Shown here: one piece after another, positions 1-9,332 of the stretch
How positions within the stretch are numbered: position 1 is the first letter of the stretch
Layout of the letters: every line of letters starts with the position of its first letter
Virus record (IMG/VR): IMGVR_UViG_3300031867_000015
Coordinates: 51,129-115,128 of that record
DNA: 64,000 bases
Direction: 5' to 3' (one strand)
From: a virus
Taxonomy: Duplodnaviria; Caudoviricetes
Translations under genes and position numbers: made by a program
Notes under the pieces: generated by a model
What the model was told of the DNA's origin: nothing
The model's input: the letters and a program-made list of their open reading frames with translations, nothing else
The model's database searches: none

Positions 1-103
1 CCCATACGTAGCCACGCTGAATAGGATTGTTGAACTTGATTGTTCCATTCTCGATTGCCTTTGAAATCTGCTTTGCGCTCCAATTTACATTTGCTTTTAA
101 CAT
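1..103 (-). CDS. DUF262 (ParB/GmrS-like) domain protein, 5' part only (runs off window)
   Basis: Translated by hand: MLKANVNWSAKQISKAIENGTIKFNNPIQRGYVW. QRxYVW is the DUF262 signature; AGGAGG RBS upstream. Confidence 0.65.
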   Translation of the reverse strand, partial: MLKANVNWSAKQISKAIENGTIKFNNPIQRGYVW

Positions 104-170
104 AATAATTTCCTCCTAAGAATTAACTTTAAATTTTATTTTCGGACTTGCTGTCCTTTGCTATGGTTTT

Positions 171-199
171 ATTATACTATATTATTTGCTCTTTGTCAA
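171..199 (-). promoter_or_regulatory. sigma-A promoter with phage box in spacer
   Basis: TTGACA-aagagcaaataatatag(17)-TATAAT followed by aaaaccatagcaaag. Confidence 0.8.
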
Positions 200-254
200 G
201 CACATTTTGAAATTTTTATTTTTTAACTTATTCCAAAATGTGCTTGACGTTTTC

Positions 255-416
255 TTAATAGATTCTTCCATCCTTTTCGATGGTAAGAAGTCCATCCCTG
301 TACCTTGTTTCCTTGCTTAACTCCTTGATAGCTTCTTTAGCCTTATCAAGAGTATCACATTCTCCAACAAGGATTTCTTCGTTTCCTTTTGTAAATACTA
401 TGCTGTACTTTGACAT
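255..416 (-). CDS. small hypothetical protein (53 aa)
   Basis: MSKYSIVFTKGNEEILVGEC...; AGGAGG RBS, directly under the 440-468 promoter. Confidence 0.6.
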   Translation of the reverse strand: MSKYSIVFTKGNEEILVGECDTLDKAKEAIKELSKETRYRDGLLTIEKDGRIY

Positions 417-439
417 TTAATTCCTCCTTTCATGATTCT

Positions 440-468
440 ATTATACCATATACAATTCACTCTGTCAA
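440..468 (-). promoter_or_regulatory. sigma-A promoter with phage box
   Basis: TTGACA-gagtgaattgtatatgg(17)-TATAAT. Confidence 0.85.
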
Positions 469-486
469 GAGCAAATTGAAATATTT

Positions 487-828
487 TTATTTTAACTTAA
501 TAACCCATCCGATTCCTTCCTCATGAACGCTGAATCCATATTTAACATAGAAGTCTTTTACACGTTCGCTGATAGTTCTGGTTTCTCCGTCATTCAGAAT
601 CCCTACCATTGCATCCCATGCTTCATGGGCTTCTGATGGTGTCATTTTATAGCGTTTAAGATTCCCATTATAAAATATATCTTCCAACGCTACCTTTGCT
701 TTTGTGACTTTTCTTGTGTCCACTGTTTTACCTCCGTTATATAATTCCGTTCTCTTTGAACTCTTTGAGAAGTCCGAATTTCTTTCCCATGCGTTCAAAG
801 TATCTTTGCATTTCTGTAAGTTCTTCAT
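487..828 (-). CDS. hypothetical protein
   Basis: ORF track; co-oriented with early arm; start uncertain. Confidence 0.55.
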   Translation of the reverse strand: MKNLQKCKDTLNAWERNSDFSKSSKRTELYNGGKTVDTRKVTKAKVALEDIFYNGNLKRYKMTPSEAHEAWDAMVGILNDGETRTISERVKDFYVKYGFSVHEEGIGWVIKLK

Positions 829-906
829 AGCTTAACTGAAACTCTGACATTGTATTCTGCCATTCAATAGCTTCTTGTCTCAGCTTTTCCTTTAACTCCT
901 TATACA

Positions 907-1296
907 TCACTCATACTCCTTTAAGACAGCTTCTTTTGCTGTCTCTGACAGCCGTAGTTCATATGGATATCCATATTTATTAGGACAGATATCTCTGCCA
1001 AAGGAAACTAATCTCCATGTTCCCTTATGATATCTACATCTTATCCATGAAGAATATGGTGTCCATCTGTAACAGTTTGGAAAGTGCTGACGGAAGTCAT
1101 AAACAAATTCCGTTCCTTCAACAGCTTTCTTGAATCCTCTTGGTGTAATAATATTTAATCGTTTTTCCACATCATTACAGATACCTTCTATTTGGTAATA
1201 GCTATAGAAGATTCTCTCTGTTGCTCCGCCCTGTATTACATTCAGCGCAGACATAATCTTTTCTGCATTGGATTCCTTTATGACGATTTCTTTCAT
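907..1296 (-). CDS. hypothetical protein
   Basis: ORF with AGGAGG RBS. Confidence 0.7.
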   Translation of the reverse strand: MKEIVIKESNAEKIMSALNVIQGGATERIFYSYYQIEGICNDVEKRLNIITPRGFKKAVEGTEFVYDFRQHFPNCYRWTPYSSWIRCRYHKGTWRLVSFGRDICPNKYGYPYELRLSETAKEAVLKEYE

Positions 1297-1310
1297 GATA
1301 ATGTTCCTCC

Positions 1311-1841
1311 TTACTTGATTCTGTTAAGTTCTCCACCGCACTTACAGCGGAACGACTGTGGATGTTCTATCACTTTACTCATGCGGTATCTTCCGATTTT
1401 TGCACCGCATTTCTCACATTGTACAACGTATGTAAATTTCTTTACAACGTCCTGTTCTTTCTCATCTACTCCCTTGTCGTTATCGTTTCCGCAACGCTTT
1501 ATATCTATTCCGTAACGGTCATAAACCATTTTAGCATATGTTTTCCACTGTGTACCATGACCGTGACAGTCAGGACAAGTATGAAGCAATTCATGAATCA
1601 TTGTATTCATAAGTCCTTCATCCGTAGGTGTATACTTTTCATTAATCAGCTTGTAAGATATGCTGATTTTAAAATCAGCCCTTTCTCCTGTGCCTATACT
1701 CTGTCTCCATGAGGTCTGTCCCCATCTTCTTTCCGCATGAGATACAGAAAGTTCCTTGATGTCTTTACAGTATGGGATGTTCAGTTCATCAAGCATCCTC
1801 ATACACTTTTCCATATAGTTTTTAAGTTTACGCTGTGCCAT
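1311..1841 (-). CDS. SprT-like zinc metalloprotease
   Basis: HELLH zincin motif, HG..WK, C-terminal CxxC...CxC zinc ribbon. Confidence 0.8.
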   Translation of the reverse strand: MAQRKLKNYMEKCMRMLDELNIPYCKDIKELSVSHAERRWGQTSWRQSIGTGERADFKISISYKLINEKYTPTDEGLMNTMIHELLHTCPDCHGHGTQWKTYAKMVYDRYGIDIKRCGNDNDKGVDEKEQDVVKKFTYVVQCEKCGAKIGRYRMSKVIEHPQSFRCKCGGELNRIK

Positions 1842-1854
1842 AGTTTAATCCTCC

Positions 1855-2370
1855 TTAATCGTAATATCCCCATGCTTCACGGTCTGCTATATCTCTTTCC
1901 AGTTCTGCTTCTGGTGTATGATGATAAGCAATAGCATCAGGAATTGTCCACTTGTCAAGTGAATATCCGCTTGCGCCCCCAATGTAGAAATAAAAACCTG
2001 TCTCATCCTGTTTGATATCAAAACGATGTAATGAATAAAGGTGTGGAATATCCGCTGTTAAAAGTCCTTTTAAATTCGCTTTAAGAGAAACTTCCGTAAG
2101 CTGTTCGCTTAAAAGTTTCCATGTTTCATCAACCTTATTTTTAATTTCTTTCTTTGGTGCTCCCGAAAAACTAACCATTGTCAAAGAGTTTCCACACTCA
2201 GGGTCATGTACTCTAAAAAGAAATTCCGCTGTATAAGCTGTCTCAGATTCTTCATCAAAGACCTCAACTGTACCCTGTATATATCCCTTTAAATATCCGC
2301 TTGTATAATATACTGCGCTGTGAGTCCATGATTTATTTGCAAGGTCATTTAAGATTAAGTTGATGTTCAT
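1855..2370 (-). CDS. hypothetical protein
   Basis: ORF with AGGAGG RBS. Confidence 0.7.
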   Translation of the reverse strand: MNINLILNDLANKSWTHSAVYYTSGYLKGYIQGTVEVFDEESETAYTAEFLFRVHDPECGNSLTMVSFSGAPKKEIKNKVDETWKLLSEQLTEVSLKANLKGLLTADIPHLYSLHRFDIKQDETGFYFYIGGASGYSLDKWTIPDAIAYHHTPEAELERDIADREAWGYYD

Positions 2371-2387
2371 ATATGTTTCCTCCTTAT

Positions 2388-2418
2388 GGAGAGTGAACTG
2401 TTATACAATTCACTCTCC
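2388..2418. promoter_or_regulatory. inverted pair of the phage box (operator-like palindrome)
   Basis: GGAGAGTGAAcTGT-tat-ACAaTTCACTCTCC. Confidence 0.6.
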
Positions 2419-2428
2419 GAATATATTT

Positions 2429-2833
2429 TTACTTGATTCCTAATTCGCTTCGTACATCCAATTCAGAAACCCTTCGTAATTCCATTGTCTGTAAATCGTT
2501 GTATGATTTGATTTCCAAACGATACATTTTGATGTAGTTATTTGTTCCATAGGTAGATGAGTTTTCAAGTCTTGATTTTACGAAAGAGTTTCCATCAACT
2601 CCGCTGTCTCTGATTCCGATGTAAAGCACATCATTTTCAAAGTTCTGAACGACTTTCTCTATCGCTGTCAGAGTATAATATAAATCGCTTGCGTAGTATT
2701 CGCAGGTCATTCCTGCCGCCTGTATAAGTTCCGTAAAGATATCCGAATAATTAATATTTGTTGTGGGTTCTCCATTGTATGAACTTGTGTAGACCTGTCC
2801 TTCGCAGGTGATTTTCTGTCCGTGATGTAACAT
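2429..2833 (-). CDS. hypothetical protein
   Basis: ORF with AGGAGG RBS. Confidence 0.7.
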   Translation of the reverse strand: MLHHGQKITCEGQVYTSSYNGEPTTNINYSDIFTELIQAAGMTCEYYASDLYYTLTAIEKVVQNFENDVLYIGIRDSGVDGNSFVKSRLENSSTYGTNNYIKMYRLEIKSYNDLQTMELRRVSELDVRSELGIK

Positions 2834-2845
2834 ATTATTTCCTCC

Positions 2846-3025
2846 TTAAAAATCAAAGTCCTCATAATCTTCCAGTGCAGATATAAGTCCGTCAAAATCC
2901 TCTGATGTTCCTAACATACTTGCAAGCATTGCAACTGTTCCGTAGTCAATTCCGTAATCATCCGCAAGACTTTCAAGATATTCCTTGCGATTTTCATATC
3001 CGTTTTCCTTATAAATGTTTGACAT
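2846..3025 (-). CDS. small acidic hypothetical protein (59 aa)
   Basis: MSNIYKENGYENRKEYLESLADDYGID...EDYEDFDF; AGGAGG RBS, first gene after promoter. Confidence 0.7.
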   Translation of the reverse strand: MSNIYKENGYENRKEYLESLADDYGIDYGTVAMLASMLGTSEDFDGLISALEDYEDFDF

Positions 3026-3085
3026 ATTGATTCCTCCTTATGCTTATGTATCATAGAGTGAATTGTATCTCTCTGCTATGGTTTT

Positions 3086-3114
3086 ATTATACCATATACA
3101 ATTCACTCTGTCAA
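3086..3114 (-). promoter_or_regulatory. sigma-A promoter with box in spacer and inverted box downstream
   Basis: TTGACA-gagtgaattgtatatgg-TATAAT; second box in opposite orientation at ~3055-3068. Confidence 0.85.
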
Positions 3115-3138
3115 GTGTTTTTTTATTATTTTTTTATT

Positions 3139-3417
3139 TTAACTTTCTTCGTATGTTCCGATAAGATATTTATGACCGCAGATTGATATTGTAATTTCTC
3201 CATTAGTAGTTGATACACGTTTATTTTTCTTCATCATGTTGATTCTTGCTTTCGTTTCTGAATCGTATTTCCAGAACATAACTTCTGCTGTTCTTCCGTG
3301 TACATCCGTTACATAAAATCCATCAACGGTTCTTTTCCAACCGTCATTATCTTCAATTACACGCTGTTTATCAAGCCATTTGTCTGACCAGTCAGGTGTT
3401 GCTTTTACTCTAAGCAT
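3139..3417 (-). CDS. hypothetical protein
   Basis: ORF with RBS. Confidence 0.65.
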   Translation of the reverse strand: MLRVKATPDWSDKWLDKQRVIEDNDGWKRTVDGFYVTDVHGRTAEVMFWKYDSETKARINMMKKNKRVSTTNGEITISICGHKYLIGTYEES

Positions 3418-3429
3418 TATTATCCCTCC

Positions 3430-4296
3430 TTAATAATCGTGTTCCATGCACCATTTGTTGAAGTCTCTTTTAGCTGATTTGAACGCTTCTTTCATAGTAT
3501 CGTTCATTTCTCCACATCCAGTTGAGTAAGCCGCTTCTGCAAATCTTCCACCATACATACATTCATAGTTGAAGAACTCATGGTAGAAAGCTTTTTTCCA
3601 GAACTCAAAATTGTTTGCAAGTTCTTCCTTTGCCTTTTCAATACTTTCCGCAAGATTGTTTATTTTCTTACAAAATTCCTTAGACTTATAGTAAGCGTGA
3701 GTTATCGCACTTACATACAGTCCTTTTGTTTCTGCTCTATACCATTCTTCCATGCCCTCATGATTAAAGATATGGAAACGTGATACATGGTTCTCTCTGT
3801 CTCCGTAGTAGTTGACAAGATAGTATTCACGGTTCTTTAAATCCGCATAAGATTTGATTGGAGTTGAAAGTTCTTCATCCGTGTACAGCTTTTCCGTAAG
3901 CTGTTTTACGTAAATTTCCTTTAACTCTGCATGAGTTTTTCCAGAACGATGAAGTTCATAGTCACCTGCGTATCTTATCTGATGACTGTTAAAGAAAACA
4001 ACCACAGAATATCCAAAGCCGTTTCCAAAGTCAATAAAATAGCAGTCATGCTCCTTTATTTTTTCATAGTCATCACTCATAACAATAGCGATTTCCTCTG
4101 TAATAGATTCGATATCATCAATTGTCCATTTATCCACGTTCTGAGCCACAGCAAGAGCCGCTGTTCCACTAATAATCTTATCAGGTTTTGTGATTGTCCA
4201 CATCTCGTCTGATAATACAGGAGCATTGTTCTCTCCGTAATATTCATTGAGTGCCTGTCTGATGTTTTTGTTTCTGTACATTTCCTTTACGTTCAT
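3430..4296 (-). CDS. hypothetical protein (288 aa)
   Basis: long ORF with AGGAGG RBS. Confidence 0.75.
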   Translation of the reverse strand: MNVKEMYRNKNIRQALNEYYGENNAPVLSDEMWTITKPDKIISGTAALAVAQNVDKWTIDDIESITEEIAIVMSDDYEKIKEHDCYFIDFGNGFGYSVVVFFNSHQIRYAGDYELHRSGKTHAELKEIYVKQLTEKLYTDEELSTPIKSYADLKNREYYLVNYYGDRENHVSRFHIFNHEGMEEWYRAETKGLYVSAITHAYYKSKEFCKKINNLAESIEKAKEELANNFEFWKKAFYHEFFNYECMYGGRFAEAAYSTGCGEMNDTMKEAFKSAKRDFNKWCMEHDY

Positions 4297-4375
4297 AGTA
4301 ATTTCCTCCTTTGATTTAGGTTTAAAACCCTTATATCAGGGCATCGGAATTTCCAATGCCCTATTATAAAAGTTC

Positions 4376-4555
4376 TCATACCTCTCTTACTACATTTTCT
4401 TTGACGAACTCCATATACCATTGTACGGTAAACCCTTTTTCTTTGGCATACTTTTCAAGGTATTCCAGTGTTGCATCATAAAGGGCTTTTGGAATATCTA
4501 CCCATTCGTCATATTTTCCGTGACCGTTAACATATTTTAAATTTCTCTGATACAT
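4376..4555 (-). CDS. small hypothetical protein (59 aa)
   Basis: MYQRNLKYVNGHGKYDEW...; RBS present. Confidence 0.6.
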   Translation of the reverse strand: MYQRNLKYVNGHGKYDEWVDIPKALYDATLEYLEKYAKEKGFTVQWYMEFVKENVVREV

Positions 4556-4567
4556 ATAAGTCCCTCC

Positions 4568-5011
4568 TTATACTTCGTGAATGTGCCATCCGTCTTTGTC
4601 AAGCAGGATATTATCTGCACATCTTTCCGCATTGTCTCCGCTGTTGTAAATGTCCATAATATATTTATCATCAATCACCTTTGTTAACTTCTGTAAATCC
4701 GCAAAGGATTTTCTTGTCTTGCTGTATGGAATTGTTCTAAACAATCCCAGTCCAGAAGATGAAGCCATACCATTTCCACAAGAACTGAATTTACTGATAT
4801 GCAGATTGATTTCCAGTCCTACCTGTCTAAAGTTCTGATACTTTTCCGAGAACCAAAGCTGTGCTTCGATATACTCAGTATCATTCAACTTGATGACCTT
4901 AACAGGCTGTTTCTCTCCGCTATGCATATAGAAATGTCTCAGGTCAAACTTCCAATTGTTTGACATTTTTTCGTTGTACTTCTGTACCTGTGCTGTTGTA
5001 ATATTTGCCAT
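4568..5011 (-). CDS. hypothetical protein
   Basis: ORF with AGGAGG RBS. Confidence 0.7.
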   Translation of the reverse strand: MANITTAQVQKYNEKMSNNWKFDLRHFYMHSGEKQPVKVIKLNDTEYIEAQLWFSEKYQNFRQVGLEINLHISKFSSCGNGMASSSGLGLFRTIPYSKTRKSFADLQKLTKVIDDKYIMDIYNSGDNAERCADNILLDKDGWHIHEV

Positions 5012-5084
5012 AATATTTTCCTCCTAAATTGTATATATTTTACTCTATGCCATGCGAATATAAAATCCGCATGGCTATTGTTTG

Positions 5085-5555
5085 TCAGCAAGTGAGTGTT
5101 GCTACCTTTATGGTGTCCACGAACTGTGAACCGTATATATCACGGATTCTGTTCATGGAATATCTTGAAGCCCTTCCTCCCTTCGTTTCATCATCCGCTA
5201 AGTAATAGCGTTTCTGCTTTGTGCTATATTGGAATCCCATTGACTTGATTTTTACAAGATACTTTCCTACGTTGTCAAGCCATATCCAACCGCCTATTAT
5301 CTCGATACGGATATCCGAAAAGTGTATCAGCTTTTCAATTATCCCTCTAAACTTCTCAGGGACTTCTTTTGAAGCTTTTTCCTTTTCCTTTTTGTTTCCG
5401 TGAGTAGCGAAATACTTAATCATTTCATCGTATTCGCTGTTGATTTTCTGCATTGTCTCCACATCACCGCCCATGTCAGGATGATATTTCCTGCACAGCT
5501 TGTGATATAATTTTTTCAGTTCATCCAGTGTCTTGACTTCTTTGAAAAAATTCAT
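5085..5555 (-). CDS. J-domain (DnaJ-like) protein
   Basis: LKKLYHKLCRKYHPDMGGD..MQKINSEYD with HPD motif; start moved to MNFFK (GGAGG RBS, promoter upstream). Confidence 0.8.
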   Translation of the reverse strand: MNFFKEVKTLDELKKLYHKLCRKYHPDMGGDVETMQKINSEYDEMIKYFATHGNKKEKEKASKEVPEKFRGIIEKLIHFSDIRIEIIGGWIWLDNVGKYLVKIKSMGFQYSTKQKRYYLADDETKGGRASRYSMNRIRDIYGSQFVDTIKVATLTC

Positions 5556-5608
5556 ATATGTTCCTCCGTTTCCAAAGAGTAAATTGTATATCTCTTTGCT
5601 ATGGTTTA

Positions 5609-5637
5609 AGTATATCATACAATTCACTCTTTGTCAA
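5609..5637 (-). promoter_or_regulatory. sigma-A promoter with box plus inverted box
   Basis: TTGACA-aagagtgaattgtatga-TATACT; inverted box ~5576-5590. Confidence 0.8.
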
Positions 5638-5667
5638 GTAGTTTTTATATATTTTTTTGTTTTAACT

Positions 5668-6321
5668 TTATCCCTCCCATTCTCCGTAAAGTCCCTGTGG
5701 CTTTTCAAAAAAGCTGTCGTTTTCTGCATCCACAAACACATCACAGGGCGCACGATGAAGCAGTTTTGATATCTCAATAATAGCTTCATCCCTTGGTTTA
5801 TCCGTTGTATATGTTCCTACTTGTGAAGCATAAGTCCACGAACCATCAGGAATTTTTGCGATAACTCCAAAAGTATAGGAAGTATAGGCTGTTTTCATTC
5901 TTCATCATCCTCCATATAATCATAGTCAATATCAAGTTTATCCATAAGTTCTTCCAATGCCATGACCTGTGCAGAACACCACTGATACTGCTCTCTTTTC
6001 CGAACGCTTCTTCTGTCCTCATCGTATGCCTTTTCAGCTTCTTCCTCTGCCTTTAAACATTCCGCATAATATTCAAGTATTTTCTGTTCCATGATATTAT
6101 CCTCCTATCTTTTCCGATATGATTTCCAGTACCCTTTTCTGTGTAGGAATATCCCACATACCGCCTGTACTGAATCCATCAATGGTCATATTCTGAATAG
6201 ACTTTCCATAAAGTTTGATACCTATGATATGACCATCAACTTCAAAAGTTCCGTTTAACCATTCGTTTTTGAAGTTGCGCATATGGTTTTTAACCATTGC
6301 AAGAAATTCCGCTTTATTCAT
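5668..6321 (-). CDS. three small hypothetical proteins (6097-6321, 5895-6092, 5668-5898)
   Basis: translationally coupled ORFs with RBSs downstream of the 6375-6403 promoter. Confidence 0.65.
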
Positions 6322-6374
6322 AATAATCCTCCTTATGTATCATAGAGCAAATTGTATATCTTTGCTGTGATTAT

Positions 6375-6403
6375 ATTATATCATATACAATTTGCTCTGT
6401 CAA
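6375..6403 (-). promoter_or_regulatory. sigma-A promoter with box plus inverted box
   Basis: TTGACA-gagcaaattgtatatga-TATAAT; inverted box ~6344-6358. Confidence 0.85.
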
Positions 6404-6430
6404 TAGCTTTTTAAAAAGTTTTTATTTTAA

Positions 6431-6919
6431 TTAATCCGTAACTCTTACAGTTTCCTCAAACGGATTAATCTCAATGTCAATTGAACCTGTTGTATCATCC
6501 GTAAACTCATAATAGATATGCGCTGTTGTAATTTCCGATATAGTCAGTTCATACTGTCTACACGGCTCTCCATTTACAAAGTCTATCTCATAATAGAGCA
6601 TAAGATTATCCACAAAATCTTCACGCTCCATATATTCAGTTGTGTAATTTTCCCACGCTATATCAACAATAGTTTCCTCATCAAGCGTGATTTCGTTTCC
6701 ATACGTGCAGTTATCTTCGTACCGTTTCCGTACTCCTACGGCATCCGCTATGGTTAATTCTCCGTCACCGTTGAAGTCAAGGTGTTCATGGTATTCCTCA
6801 TTGATTACCTTATCAATTATGATATCTGATATCTCAGGGGATATCCATGAATGATAGTTTTCCGCAGGTTGTGGTGTACCTGCAAGAAGTGAAAAGCACA
6901 TAAATAAAGTTTTTAACAT
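6431..6919 (-). CDS. secreted protein with dockerin/EF-hand-like repeat
   Basis: N-terminal signal-like MLKTLFMCFSLLAG; DFNGDGELTIADAV matches the dockerin Ca-binding loop DxNxDGxxxxxD. Confidence 0.6.
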   Translation of the reverse strand: MLKTLFMCFSLLAGTPQPAENYHSWISPEISDIIIDKVINEEYHEHLDFNGDGELTIADAVGVRKRYEDNCTYGNEITLDEETIVDIAWENYTTEYMEREDFVDNLMLYYEIDFVNGEPCRQYELTISEITTAHIYYEFTDDTTGSIDIEINPFEETVRVTD

Positions 6920-7239
6920 GATTATTCCTCCGTATAGTCTGTATCATCATATTCGCATGGTGCTTTATCGTCAGGGCATCGGTTCTCCCAGTGACAACAA
7001 GCACGTTCTTCGTCATCTTCTTTCCAGAAGTAGCAACAGTAACGTATGGTTCACCTATAGTCAATGATGTTTCCAGACCTATTGCATTAGCCTTCTTTGC
7101 GAACCTGTTAAACTGCTTTTGCAGTTCTTCCAAACGGTTCATAAAAATCGTCATTTCCATAACAGTACCTCCGTGATATGTATTAAGTGCAATGGCACTT
7201 TATGAAGCCTATCGAAAAATCCGATAGGCTTGAAAAATG

Positions 7240-7440
7240 TCAATACACAAAGTCAGTGTAAACAGTTTTGTTTCCGTCAAAGTATCGTGAATAGCTGATA
7301 TCGTCACATCTTCCGCAGTCGTATTTCTTTTCAGTTCTGTCATATTCTCCCTTGATGTAAACTTGACTATCTGTAACGTGCTTTTCTCCATGTGGTTTAA
7401 GGGCGAATAAATCGCCCTTTTTGAGTTCTTTTAATTTCAT
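7240..7440 (-). CDS. small hypothetical protein
   Basis: ORF coupled to upstream gene. Confidence 0.6.
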   Translation of the reverse strand: MKLKELKKGDLFALKPHGEKHVTDSQVYIKGEYDRTEKKYDCGRCDDISYSRYFDGNKTVYTDFVY

Positions 7441-7441
7441 A

Positions 7442-8023
7442 TTATCCCTCCATTGGCATTGGTGTTAATCCGTAGTCAGCACATTTGCTGACTACTTCAT
7501 TGTATGTAAGTTCCTTGACAATACGCATATTACCTGCAATTATCCAAGTTCCAAACATATTTGGATTGGTCTTGTAACGGTAATATCCGTGAAGGTCTAC
7601 CATTTCAAGCTGTGCATTTTTAGGAATGATTTTTCCCTGTTTGTTTCTGCCTTTTTCGTTTGCCATAGGCTGACAGTCAACAGTTGTTTCATATTCCACT
7701 AAGCACCAAACATGGTCTTTTTTCTGCACTTTGTTAAAACGTCTGCCTGTATTCTTTTCCAGTTCTGCACCATTATCGCAATAGTGTTTTCCGTATATGT
7801 GCGTAACATACGGACATTCCTCGTTTAAGTGCCAACCGCCACGGTAAGCAAGTTCTCCAAGCTTGCTTTTAACCTTGCCAGACTTTGTGCGTTCTCCGCA
7901 CTTTGCGAACATCCATGTATTCATGGGAAGGATTTCACTTGCATTGACATACAAGGGATGAAGATTTCCCTTGCTGTCTTTTCTGAAAAGTTTATATCCG
8001 TGAGCTGTTTTGATAATACTCAT
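7442..8023 (-). CDS. hypothetical phage protein
   Basis: 193-aa ORF, AGGAGG RBS. Confidence 0.7.
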   Translation of the reverse strand: MSIIKTAHGYKLFRKDSKGNLHPLYVNASEILPMNTWMFAKCGERTKSGKVKSKLGELAYRGGWHLNEECPYVTHIYGKHYCDNGAELEKNTGRRFNKVQKKDHVWCLVEYETTVDCQPMANEKGRNKQGKIIPKNAQLEMVDLHGYYRYKTNPNMFGTWIIAGNMRIVKELTYNEVVSKCADYGLTPMPMEG

Positions 8024-8346
8024 GATTATTTCCTCCTATTATGTATTTAGTAGTATTTCCAGTAGTCAGGGCTTTAGACCTTTTGACTGGTAACAAGCTA
8101 CATTAACGGTGCATCCGCACCGCCTATCTGTATTCGTATCTGTATTCGGTGGACGTTCCGCAAGTTGTGGGATATTCCCTCCCTTGCTTTCCGTGATGTT
8201 GGTATGATATTCAGTTGACGGAATTTCCTCCGCTGTCTGCATTGGAATTTCCGTCAGAATCTTTGCGTATGGTGGTAGTTCCGCAAGGTAATCAAAATAC
8301 GTTGTCCCTTGCCAAAGGTAAAAACGTCTATGGTATTTTCTTGTCA

Positions 8347-8619
8347 TTATTCCTCATCCTCCTTAATGAATAAGTGTACACAGTCAACCATGAAGTCAAA
8401 GGCAAAACTGCTGAAAGTTCCACCGTATTCAATATACAGTGAGTTGTCAGAGTGTTCCCAGATATCACGGCATATTGCTATGATATCCGCATCACTCATG
8501 CACTGGTCTGCACGTTTCAGCATAGCGGAATAATCCGCATTATTGCCCTTTGTGTACATTCTGTTCTTAATGCAGTAGTTGCGAACCTCGTCCGCAAACA
8601 TTGTTTTGTCAATTGTCAT
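8347..8619 (-). CDS. hypothetical protein
   Basis: ORF with GGAGG RBS. Confidence 0.65.
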   Translation of the reverse strand: MTIDKTMFADEVRNYCIKNRMYTKGNNADYSAMLKRADQCMSDADIIAICRDIWEHSDNSLYIEYGGTFSSFAFDFMVDCVHLFIKEDEE

Positions 8620-8713
8620 AATTCATTCCTCCATATGAAAATTAGCATCCGTCTACTTTGGATATGACGGAGTAGCTTTAAAGGACTACGTTTCCGCAGT
8701 CCTCCCATCAGCG

Positions 8714-8896
8714 TTATGCTTTTTCGTCTATTGAAAAGTAAGTGTAGAACAGTTCTACAGCGGATTCATCGTCAATGTTAGTTCCAGATTCCAGAAGTCT
8801 ATCTTCCAGATAGTCCTGACATTCGTTAAATGTTCCAGAGAACACAACGTCAGCAAAATTGCCGATTTGTTCCCATACCTGATATGTTTTCTCCAT
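8714..8896 (-). CDS. small acidic hypothetical protein
   Basis: ORF with GGAGG RBS. Confidence 0.6.
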   Translation of the reverse strand: MEKTYQVWEQIGNFADVVFSGTFNECQDYLEDRLLESGTNIDDESAVELFYTYFSIDEKA

Positions 8897-8936
8897 GATA
8901 TACCTCCATTTTTATTATACAATTCATTCTTTGTTA

Positions 8937-9254
8937 TTAAACGAATGAAAAGTCGCTTTTTATAACCTCGAATCCGATTGACTCTTGGTTGAAGGCTTGC
9001 TTTAAGGCGAGAGCCAGTCTTTTCATGCTCTCAATGTCAATGCCTGACACTTCGATTCTGAGTGTAGGCTCTTGTACAATCTCACCATTTTCGTGAGTGT
9101 ACACTCCGCAGGCTTCGGTAATTGTACCAAAGCCGATGATCTCCGTGAGAAGATTTGAAGCCACTTTGTAAGCGTCAAGAGTTGACACTTCCTGAGCCTT
9201 TGAATCCTTGTCGAATAAGCCACAGAATAAAATTACCTTAGTTGCATTTGTCAT
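8937..9254 (-). CDS. SAM lyase-like (T3 SAMase/DUF3574-type) anti-restriction protein
   Basis: GVY...QEPTLRIEV and LKQAFNQESI parallel the GxY...EExTVxV and AxxxxQDxV motifs of phage SAM lyases; start at MTNAT with GGAGG RBS. Confidence 0.6.
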   Translation of the reverse strand: MTNATKVILFCGLFDKDSKAQEVSTLDAYKVASNLLTEIIGFGTITEACGVYTHENGEIVQEPTLRIEVSGIDIESMKRLALALKQAFNQESIGFEVIKSDFSFV

Positions 9255-9332
9255 AATATACCTCCGTTTAAAGTCCATGAGACTATGTAATTGGTGCCAA
9301 TCATAGCGGATTTACGCTAATCTTGACATAAA

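Noticed and set aside
1192-8667. Plus-strand ORFs in the left arm (and minus-strand ORFs under the structural genes)
   Set aside because: Shadow frames antisense to well-supported genes
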